Shown: positions 1 to 6,691 of the stretch, piece after piece
How positions within the stretch are numbered: the first letter of the stretch is position 1
Layout: the number at the start of each line of letters is the position of its first letter
Source of the DNA: an uncultured Deferribacteres bacterium
GTDB taxonomy: Bacteria; Zhuqueibacterota; Zhuqueibacteria; Zhuqueibacterales; Geothermadaptataceae
Assembly (NCBI GenBank): GCA_964014485.1
Contig: CAXHAT010000230.1
Coordinates: 1-11,313, forward strand
Direction of reading: 5' to 3'
DNA length: 11,313 bases
Position numbers and translations under genes: made by a program
Notes under the pieces: generated by a model
The model's input: the letters and a program-made list of their open reading frames with translations, nothing else
Databases searched by the model: none
What the model was told of the DNA's origin: nothing

Positions 1-2
1 TG

Positions 3-317
3 TCCTTTCTCGAAAAGAATCTCATTTGGCTCGCTTCGGTGATAGCGGTTGCACCGTTGCTTGGCTTCCTCGGCACCGTTTGGGGAATGATCCAATCTTT
101 CGATTCTATCAAAAAAGCGAATGACATTAGTCCGGCGATTGTGGCTGGCGGTATTTCCGTCGCCTTGATCACCACAATGTTTGGTCTTGTCGTCGCTGTT
201 ATTATTCAAATCTGCCATAACTTCTTCATCTCCCGGATCGATAAACTTATTGTCGATATGGAAGAAAGCTCTACGGAATTGGTCGATTCTCTTATCGAAA
301 TGAAGGTTTCTTCTTAG
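3..317 (+). CDS. exbB: MotA/TolQ/ExbB proton-channel protein, 5'-truncated by the window edge
   Basis: Frame open from base 3 (SFLEKNLIWLASVIAVAPLLGFLGTVWGMI...GGISVALITTMFGLVVA). These are the ExbB/TolQ TM2 and TM3 motifs. Followed by exbD and tonB genes. Confidence 0.93.
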   Translation, partial: SFLEKNLIWLASVIAVAPLLGFLGTVWGMIQSFDSIKKANDISPAIVAGGISVALITTMFGLVVAVIIQICHNFFISRIDKLIVDMEESSTELVDSLIEMKVSS

Positions 318-343
318 GCGCCCGCTCAATGGAGTAAATATCT

Positions 344-754
344 ATGGTTAAGAAAAAAGAACGCGGCGTTGAAATTCCAACGTCATCGATGGCGGACATT
401 GCGTTCCTGATTCTGATTTTCTTTATCGTCGTCTCGACAATCGATATCGATAAAGGATTGCAATTGGTTTTACCCGCACCGGGTGAGGAAAAGGAAATTC
501 GTCAAGAGAACATTACGAATTTGCTCATCAATGCTACAGGGCAAATCATGCTTGACGAAGAACCGACGCCAATGCCCGCAATCAAAAACGCCTTGCGGGA
601 AAAGCTTATTCAAAACGATAAATTGATCGTTTCAGTGAAGACCGATCGCGAGACGGACTATGAGTTCTATTTAACAGCACTCGATGAGGTAAAGCAGGCT
701 TTCGCCCTGGTTGCGATTAAGCCGAGAATATCCATCGCCGAACCGGACCAGTAA
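344..754 (+). CDS. exbD: ExbD/TolR biopolymer transport protein (copy 1)
   Basis: IPTSSMADIAFLILIFFIV TM helix with the conserved Asp; periplasmic domain with VKTDRETDYEFYLTALDEVK; GGAG RBS upstream. Confidence 0.92.
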   Translation: MVKKKERGVEIPTSSMADIAFLILIFFIVVSTIDIDKGLQLVLPAPGEEKEIRQENITNLLINATGQIMLDEEPTPMPAIKNALREKLIQNDKLIVSVKTDRETDYEFYLTALDEVKQAFALVAIKPRISIAEPDQ

Positions 755-775
755 AGCATAGACAGGTGATTTATC

Positions 776-1195
776 ATGCCTATGAAAATCGAAAAAAAGT
801 CGAAGGTAACGACTAATATCCCAACCTCGTCCATGCCGGATATCGTGTTTCTTCTCTTGATATTCTTTATGGTCACGACGGTTTTTAAAGAGTTTACCGG
901 GTTGCAAGTGACTTTGCCGCAAGCAAAAATGATTGAAAAACTGCCCGGCAAACGCGATATTGCTTACATGTGGATTGACAAGGCAGAAAACATCTCTGTT
1001 GATGACAAGCTGCTGACTGCGGAACAAGTTTACGACATCATGAACGCCAAGCGTCGTGACGTCAACCACCCGTTAAAAGCCGTGTCAATGAAAATTGATA
1101 AGGAAGCGAAAATGGGCGTTGTTTCGGATGTTCAACAGCAACTCCGAAAAGCCGACGCCTTAAACGTGAACTATTCCGCAAAACCAACATCATAA
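776..1195 (+). CDS. exbD: ExbD/TolR biopolymer transport protein (copy 2)
   Basis: IPTSSMPDIVFLLLIFFMVTT TM motif and KIDKEAKMGVVSDVQQQLRKA C-terminal motif. Start could be 776 or 782. Confidence 0.92.
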   Translation: MPMKIEKKSKVTTNIPTSSMPDIVFLLLIFFMVTTVFKEFTGLQVTLPQAKMIEKLPGKRDIAYMWIDKAENISVDDKLLTAEQVYDIMNAKRRDVNHPLKAVSMKIDKEAKMGVVSDVQQQLRKADALNVNYSAKPTS

Positions 1196-1210
1196 AAAGA
1201 GGGTGAATCT

Positions 1211-1849
1211 ATGAAAAAAAACCCCGCGGTTGATCTACGGTTACGGTACAAGAAAATGTTTGAGCTCGGCATGATTATCTCACTGGGCCTCATCCTGCTT
1301 ATCTTGTACGGTTTTCGGGACATTTCAACGGAAGCTCAGGATTTCAGCGTTGACCTGCCTGAAATCGAAGTTGAAGAAATACCGCCTACTGAACAGGTGC
1401 AGCGACCTCCGCCCCCTGCCAGACCTTCAATTCCAATCCCGACGGAAGATGAAGACGTCCCTGAAGATGAAACGATTGACGCTACGGATATCGACTTTGA
1501 AGACATTCCGCCGCCTCCGCCGCCCCCTGAAACGGATGAAAGTTCCAGCATCTTCGTTGCGTATGATGAAGCGCCGGAGCCTATTGGCGGTTTCGCAGCC
1601 ATCCAAAGAAACTTGGACTATCCTGAAATCGCACGGAAAGCCGGGATTGAAGGACGTGTTATCGTCAACGTTCTCGTTGATGTTAACGGGCAGGTCGTGG
1701 AAACGAAAATTCTGAAGTCTTTGGGACACAGCGGCTGCGATGAATCGGCGATCAAGGCGATTCGCGCCGTGAAGTGGAAGCCGGCAAGGCAACGAGACCG
1801 GGCAGTGAAAGTCTGGGTCGGGATTCCCGTCATCTTTAAGTTGAAATAA
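1211..1849 (+). CDS. tonB: TonB energy transducer
   Basis: N-terminal TM anchor, Pro/Glu-rich linker (PPPPARP, PPPPPPPE) and TonB_C domain (YPEIARKAGIEGRVIVNVLVD...WKPARQ...VWVGIPVIFKL). Confidence 0.95.
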   Translation: MKKNPAVDLRLRYKKMFELGMIISLGLILLILYGFRDISTEAQDFSVDLPEIEVEEIPPTEQVQRPPPPARPSIPIPTEDEDVPEDETIDATDIDFEDIPPPPPPPETDESSSIFVAYDEAPEPIGGFAAIQRNLDYPEIARKAGIEGRVIVNVLVDVNGQVVETKILKSLGHSGCDESAIKAIRAVKWKPARQRDRAVKVWVGIPVIFKLK

Positions 1850-1872
1850 AAAAACTTTTCTTTGAGTTTATT

Positions 1873-1903
1873 AGAAAGCGGTCATTGGCCGCTTTCTTTT
1901 TTT
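1873..1903 (+). terminator. Rho-independent terminator of the exbB-exbD-exbD-tonB operon
   Basis: AGAAAGCGG-tcattgg-CCGCTTTCT is a perfect 9-bp stem running into a T tract, 23 bp after the tonB stop. Confidence 0.85.
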
Positions 1904-1937
1904 GTATCCGTCTCAAAGTGTACGCCCGGAATGCGCC

Positions 1938-2450
1938 GTGAGAACCCTTGTATTTGCATCCACAGTTTTCGTTTTTGTTGTTGCATGCGTAAATCCGTTT
2001 GCGCCAAAACTTGATACGGAAAATGTTGGCGGGGGCTTGATTACCGCACAGAAATCTCCGGAAGAAGTCTTTCAAAATTTTCAATACGCTTATACTTTTA
2101 GAGATTCTCTGCTTTATGCAGACGTGATCGACAGCGCGTTTACTTTCGAGTATTTTGACCCAAACCTTGGCTCGTCGGGCGGCTTCAGTTCTTGGGGACG
2201 GGATGTAGAAATTCGTACGACCGGACGCTTAATGAGAGCGTTCGACGCTATCGAATTAACTTGGCTGAATATTATCTATCAGGACTCGTCGCGGGCGGAA
2301 TCGGAGCGAGTGATTTACCGAAATTTTAAACTCACTTTTGTTGGGAGTGAATTGAACGCTTCAATCCAGGGCTATGGCATATTTACTTTTAGAAAAGGTT
2401 CGGATGATAAATGGCGCATTCGCCGATGGGTTGATGAATCGAGTCTATAA
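1938..2450 (+). CDS. Putative lipoprotein of unknown function (possibly NTF2/SnoaL-like fold)
   Basis: A GTG start at 1938 gives MRTLVFASTVFVFVVA-C, a signal peptide with a lipobox-like VVAC, then VNPFAP. The C-terminus FTFRKGSDDKWRIRRWVD resembles NTF2-like ends. The ORF-track start at 1902 lies in the terminator T tract. Confidence 0.7.
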   Translation: MRTLVFASTVFVFVVACVNPFAPKLDTENVGGGLITAQKSPEEVFQNFQYAYTFRDSLLYADVIDSAFTFEYFDPNLGSSGGFSSWGRDVEIRTTGRLMRAFDAIELTWLNIIYQDSSRAESERVIYRNFKLTFVGSELNASIQGYGIFTFRKGSDDKWRIRRWVDESSL

Positions 2451-2455
2451 TTACT

Positions 2456-2481
2456 GGAATAGGCTTCTCGATATGTTTGTT
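2456..2481 (+). promoter_or_regulatory. Candidate autoregulated ECF (SigR/SigH-type) promoter GGAAT-N18-GTT
   Basis: GGAAT at 2456-2460, 18-nt spacer, GTT at 2479-2481, directly upstream of a SigH/SigR-like sigma gene. Confidence 0.5.
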
Positions 2482-2537
2482 CGGAACGGGAAGCGATTCT
2501 ATGAATAGTTAGTTTGCAATTCAATGAGATATATGGG

Positions 2538-3128
2538 ATGTTTCAAGAAAAGACCGCCAATTCTAACCAGGACGCTTTTACAGCGCATGCGTTTGAGTAT
2601 ATGGATTCTCTCTATAGCACGGCTTTGCGACTGACGAGAAACCAACTTGACGCGGAAGATCTGGTTCAAGACACCTATATGCGCGCCTACAGGTTCTTCG
2701 ACAAATTTGAGCGTGGGACAAACTTCAAGGCGTGGATTTTTAAAATACTCACGAATACCTTTATCAACCGGTATCGCAAGAAGGTTAAAGAGCCTCAAAA
2801 AGTAGATTTTGAAAAGGTCGAATTCTCATTTGCTGAAGACGATGAAGACAAGACGCTGAAAAACCAGGCTCACGTTGATGAAAACATCTATGACAAAATT
2901 TTCGACGATCAAATAAAAGACGCGCTTGATAAATTGTCAGACGATTTTCGCATGGTTGTGATTCTTTGCGACATTCATAATTTTTCTTATAAAGAAATCG
3001 CAAAAATGATCGGAACGCCGATTGGTACGGTGATGTCGCGTCTTTCTCGCGGCAGAAAGCAATTGCAAAAAAATCTGGAAGAATACGCCGCAAGCGAAGG
3101 TTATATTCAAAGAAGACCGCCAAAATAA
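2538..3128 (+). CDS. ECF sigma-70 family RNA polymerase sigma factor, SigH/SigR-like
   Basis: Region 2 [44 protein letters not shown] and region 4 [31 protein letters not shown] 2538 preferred over TTG 2514. Confidence 0.95.
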   Translation: MFQEKTANSNQDAFTAHAFEYMDSLYSTALRLTRNQLDAEDLVQDTYMRAYRFFDKFERGTNFKAWIFKILTNTFINRYRKKVKEPQKVDFEKVEFSFAEDDEDKTLKNQAHVDENIYDKIFDDQIKDALDKLSDDFRMVVILCDIHNFSYKEIAKMIGTPIGTVMSRLSRGRKQLQKNLEEYAASEGYIQRRPPK

Positions 3129-3187
3129 TGAACGCGACATTTGTCGCATGAGTGTTTAGGCAGTTTAAATCATTATCGAGGTATTTT

Positions 3188-3838
3188 ATGGAAGTTGAGT
3201 GCTCAAAATACGCTCCACTTATTTCAGGTTTGATCGACAACGAAATCACTTCTTCAGAAGAGTCTGAGCTTCGTGCTCATCTTGAGAAATGCTCAACCTG
3301 TACTTTACAATTCAATCAAGAGAAAAAAGTAAAGCAATCCCTTCAGGACACCTACAGAACTGAGGTTGCGCCAGTGCATTTACGAACCAGGGTTCGACGT
3401 GCGCTTTCAGATATTGCGCCGTCGCCGGGTTTTTGGGATTTGCTTGCACAGCTTTTTTCTCGGCACACATTGAAAGCGACGTTTTCCGTTGCTGGTCTCG
3501 TTCTGTTGGCCGCCTTGCCTTATGTAATGAACGTATCGCAGGACAAAGAAAATTTGCAGAATACCGCCTCCTCGCCGCTCGCGACAATCGCCGGGGCGTT
3601 AACATGCGCCGACTGTGAAATTATGTATGAAGCCGGGCACAGCAAGACTTGCGCAGAGTACCATCATTTGGGAATCCGCGATCAAGAGGGCAGGCTCTGG
3701 CGATTCACGGATGCTTCGGCGGGCAAGGACTTGCTTCGTGCCGGCAATAACATGCAGCGACAATTTCAAGTCCAAGGGCATACTCTTTCAGATAAGCACT
3801 ATAACTATATCAGTGTAAATCGCCTGGAAAAAATTTGA
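3188..3838 (+). CDS. Zinc-binding anti-sigma factor (zf-HC2/ZAS) with a TM helix and a C-terminal Cys/His domain
   Basis: CSKYAPLISGLIDNEI...AHLEKCSTC (HxxxCxxC), hydrophobic segment TFSVAGLVLLAALPYVMNV, then CADC...H...C...HH. GAGGT RBS before ATG 3188; adjacent to the ECF sigma gene. Confidence 0.88.
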   Translation: MEVECSKYAPLISGLIDNEITSSEESELRAHLEKCSTCTLQFNQEKKVKQSLQDTYRTEVAPVHLRTRVRRALSDIAPSPGFWDLLAQLFSRHTLKATFSVAGLVLLAALPYVMNVSQDKENLQNTASSPLATIAGALTCADCEIMYEAGHSKTCAEYHHLGIRDQEGRLWRFTDASAGKDLLRAGNNMQRQFQVQGHTLSDKHYNYISVNRLEKI

Positions 3839-3863
3839 TACATTCGCCCCGGCTGTTTCAAGC

Positions 3864-3885
3864 CCGCCCGTTTGAGTACGGGCGG
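3864..3885. terminator. GC-rich hairpin downstream of the anti-sigma gene (terminator-like or stabilising)
   Basis: CCGCCCGT-ttgagt-ACGGGCGG is a perfect 8-bp stem. No clear U tract follows. Confidence 0.4.
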
Positions 3886-4009
3886 AATTGCTCCCATTGC
3901 CCTGCTCGAAAAAGCGGCGTCGATACGCGATTTGGTTAGACTGACGTTTCAATTCCATCCCGCAAATTTTATAATCCCGCCTTTAAATCAACTTCCAGAA
4001 ATTTTAAAT

Positions 4010-4900
4010 GTGAGAAAGTCGCCCGTGGGGCAGATTCTATTCATCATTAATCCGATTGCCGGATCGAAAACGAAACAAGCACAAGTCGTCGAATACATTC
4101 GAGCGCAATATAGCAACCGCACTTTCACGCTTTATAACACAACGGGGCGAGGGGATGCTGTAAAAGCGACGAAGAACGCTTCTCAAGAAGGCGTTGATAC
4201 CGTTGTCGCAGTGGGCGGCGACGGCACAATAAACGAAGTGGCGACCGGACTCTTGGGGGCGAAAAAATCAGCGATGGGCGTCGTGCCGATTGGCTCTGGA
4301 AATGGATTTGGGCGTGCACTGGGCGTTCCGCTAGAATTCGAAAAAGCAATTGATATTGTTTTTACCGGAAAACCGCGAGCGATTGATATGGGCAAGGCGG
4401 CGCATCGGCATTTTTGCGCCGTTGCCGGCGTAGGATTTGACGCCATTGTCAGCGCGGCATTTGACGGGTCTGAATTACGAGGATTGAAGAGCTACGTAAA
4501 GCATGCGCTGTTTGAATTCCTTCGCTACAAACCGCAGGCGTTGACGATCACGTACGACGATCACCAAACAAATTGTAAGCCTTTCATGGCAACCGTTGCT
4601 AATGCAAATGAATTCGGAAACGGCGCGGTCTTGGCGCCGCGTGCGAAAATGGATGACGGGCTTTTGGATTTGTGCATCGCACACGAAATGTCCTTCCCGC
4701 TATTGGTCTCAGCGGCGGTGAAGATGTTTCGAGGCACGATAGAAAAACATTCCCGTGTTGAGCATCATCAAGCCAGGTCTGTCGTTTTTCGGAAGAAGGG
4801 CGAAATTCAGTTTCACGTGGACGGCGAGCCTGAAACGACGCAAGATGAACTAAAAATTGAAGTGATCCCAAGCGCCCTCCGCGTTTGTTGCGGGAATTAA
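4010..4900 (+). CDS. Diacylglycerol/lipid kinase family protein (DagK/YegS/BmrU-like)
   Basis: IINPIAG, VGGDGTINEV, PIGSGNGF, AGVGFDA, NANEFGNG, DDGLLD and VDGE motifs. Start is probably GTG 4010 or 4025 rather than 3872. Confidence 0.93.
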   Translation: MRKSPVGQILFIINPIAGSKTKQAQVVEYIRAQYSNRTFTLYNTTGRGDAVKATKNASQEGVDTVVAVGGDGTINEVATGLLGAKKSAMGVVPIGSGNGFGRALGVPLEFEKAIDIVFTGKPRAIDMGKAAHRHFCAVAGVGFDAIVSAAFDGSELRGLKSYVKHALFEFLRYKPQALTITYDDHQTNCKPFMATVANANEFGNGAVLAPRAKMDDGLLDLCIAHEMSFPLLVSAAVKMFRGTIEKHSRVEHHQARSVVFRKKGEIQFHVDGEPETTQDELKIEVIPSALRVCCGN

Positions 4901-4915
4901 GGATTTTTGGAAAAG

Positions 4916-5605
4916 ATGACGATTCGAAACTCAGAAAACGCGCTTGTTGTTTTTGCGAAATACCCGGTTCCCGGCGAAGTCAAAACGCGGTTGTCGAAAC
5001 AAGTGGGGCGGGATGCGGCAACGGCTTTTTACGCTTGCAGCATTCGTTACTTGCTTAACCGGCTTCAGCAAAAAAGCGGAATTTTTGACATCATCATCGC
5101 TGTTGGTCAAGAAAGCCGCTTGCACGATTTTCGTGCGGAGTTTACTGGCGGAGATGGGTATGTAGCCCAAGACCAAACGCCAGATTTAGGCCGACGGATG
5201 CGCACTACTATCAAGGATTGCTTGCATGACGGCTACAAAAAAGTCGGCGTTATCGGAACAGACAGTCCAAACTTGCCAATTGACGCAATTGTTGAAGGTT
5301 TTGAGCGTCTGGATACAGTCGATCTTGTGGTTGCTCCAGCGGAAGACGGCGGGTATTACCACATTGCCGTCGGTGCAGACATTCCAGCCCTATTTGAAAA
5401 TATCGAGTGGAGCACCGAGACTGTTTTTGAGAAAACAATGCAGATTGCAGACTCGCTTGAATTGCGCGTACATGTGGGGCCCGTTTTTTATGATATTGAT
5501 GATGTAAGCGGTCTGAGAAAACTTTGGCGAGACGTCCCCGGTTTTTTCACCGCCAGCGGACTGCTTGACTCGAACCCCGAATTAAAAAACGCGCTTCTTC
5601 TTTAA
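4916..5605 (+). CDS. DUF2064 / TIGR04282-type, CofC-like transferase
   Basis: VFAKYPVPGEVKTRL, DLGRRM, IGTDSPNLP, PAEDGGYY, IEWST and DIDD family motifs. Start 4907 (TTG) or 4916 (ATG). Confidence 0.88.
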   Translation: MTIRNSENALVVFAKYPVPGEVKTRLSKQVGRDAATAFYACSIRYLLNRLQQKSGIFDIIIAVGQESRLHDFRAEFTGGDGYVAQDQTPDLGRRMRTTIKDCLHDGYKKVGVIGTDSPNLPIDAIVEGFERLDTVDLVVAPAEDGGYYHIAVGADIPALFENIEWSTETVFEKTMQIADSLELRVHVGPVFYDIDDVSGLRKLWRDVPGFFTASGLLDSNPELKNALLL

Positions 5606-5620
5606 TTTGCCCTTTAAGAA

Positions 5621-6313
5621 ATGCTTAACATCGTTGTCATCATCCCAGCTCTGAACGAGGAAAAATCCATTGGGAAAGTCCTCAAAAGCATTCCCCCTCA
5701 TCTGGCCGCCCAAGTTATCATTGCTGATAATGATTCGAGCGATGACACCGCATCAGTTGCTCGCGCTCATGGCGCAACGGTAGTACTGGAAAAGCGACGC
5801 GGTTATGGCTGGGCGTGTTTGCGCGGGATGAAAGAGGCCGAAAAATTTCATCCGGAGGTCATCGTCTTTTTGGACGGCGACTACAGCGACCATCCTGAAG
5901 AGATGACGACTCTCGTAGAGCCCATTCTAAGCGGGCGTGCGGACATGGTCATTGGTTCTCGAACTCGCGGCGAACATGAACCCGGCGCTTTGCTGCCTCA
6001 GGCCAGATTTGGCAATTGGCTCGCTTCTTTTCTCATCCGATTGTTTTGGGGTTTTCGGTACACGGATTTGGGACCGTTTCGGGCCATTCGATGGACGGCG
6101 CTAAAAGAGCTGGCAATGGAAGATAAAACTTATGGCTGGACGGTGGAAATGCAAATCAAGGCAATCAAACACCGTCTGCGGATTGTGGAGGTGCCGGTGA
6201 AGTACCGGAAAAGAATTGGCCAATCTAAAGTAACCGGTACGCTTGCCGGGACAGTCAAGGCGGGTTATAAAATCCTGTGGACGATTTTTTCCTACGGATT
6301 CTCCCGCGGCTGA
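5621..6313 (+). CDS. Glycosyltransferase family 2, DPM1/polyprenol-phosphate glycosyltransferase-like
   Basis: IIPALNEE, DNDSSDDT, RGYGWAC, FLDGDYSD (DxD), MVIGSR, TDLGPFRAI, GWTVEM and EVPVKYRKRIGQSK. Confidence 0.93.
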   Translation: MLNIVVIIPALNEEKSIGKVLKSIPPHLAAQVIIADNDSSDDTASVARAHGATVVLEKRRGYGWACLRGMKEAEKFHPEVIVFLDGDYSDHPEEMTTLVEPILSGRADMVIGSRTRGEHEPGALLPQARFGNWLASFLIRLFWGFRYTDLGPFRAIRWTALKELAMEDKTYGWTVEMQIKAIKHRLRIVEVPVKYRKRIGQSKVTGTLAGTVKAGYKILWTIFSYGFSRG

Positions 6314-6345
6314 TCTCGTCGCGAGTACTGAAAAAGCCCTTGGTG

Positions 6346-6648
6346 TGTCATTCTGCAGGAATCTTTGTCATCTCCCGGCACTGATTACGCTCAGGCGTTT
6401 CACTACCTGATACTTTTTGTCTAGGCTTCTAAAACTGGCGAAAAAGGCCGGAATTGTCATGCTGGAAGCATCTTTTTTGATCCGGCCCTTGAACTTTTGA
6501 GCATGATCTGTACTGGACGATAACAAAGATTCCTGCAGAATGACAAAACGGGGCCTTGCGACGGCTCGAAAATGCAGTTTACAAAAAAGTGTCAGGTGGA
6601 GAGTCAGGCGTTCAAGGTTTACATCAAAAAAATGCTTCCAGAATGGCT
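6346..6648. repeat. Cluster of four REP-like 19-mers
   Basis: R1 6346-6364 (+) TGTCATTCTGCAGGAATCT; R2 6455-6473 (+) TGTCATGCTGGAAGCATCT; R3 6527-6545 (-), the exact reverse complement of R1; R4 ~6630-6648 (-), a degenerate reverse complement of R2. The inverted repeat 6346-6372 / 6519-6545 matches at 26 of 27 positions. Confidence 0.88.
6399..6603. mobile_element. Putative non-autonomous MITE/REPIN-like element (~205 bp) with TIRs and an 8-9 bp target-site duplication
   Basis: Left end TTCACTACCTGATACTTTTTGT versus right end (reverse complement) CTCTCCACCTGACACTTTTTTGT. Flanked by the direct repeat TCAGGCGT(T) at 6391-6399 and 6604-6612. No transposase in the window. Confidence 0.6.
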
Positions 6649-6691
6649 ATGTTGGTTTTGTCAACAGTCTCGTCCTGGTTTTTTTCGAAAA

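Noticed and set aside
440..451. Palindrome ATCGATATCGAT
   Set aside because: Lies within exbD and simply encodes Ile-Asp-Ile-Asp.
1400..1530. CCG/CCT-rich repeats and the antisense Gly/Ser-rich ORF 1336-1602
   Set aside because: Explained by the poly-proline linker of TonB.
3872..4009. N-terminal extension of the lipid kinase
   Set aside because: It begins inside a hairpin, and the family domain starts at ILFIINP. A TATAAT at 3970-3975 suggests promoter DNA, but its -35 is too weak to call.
6346..6648. CRISPR array or attC-type cassette array
   Set aside because: The repeats are in mixed orientation, the sequences between them are homologous to each other rather than unique spacers, and there is no cas or integrase gene.
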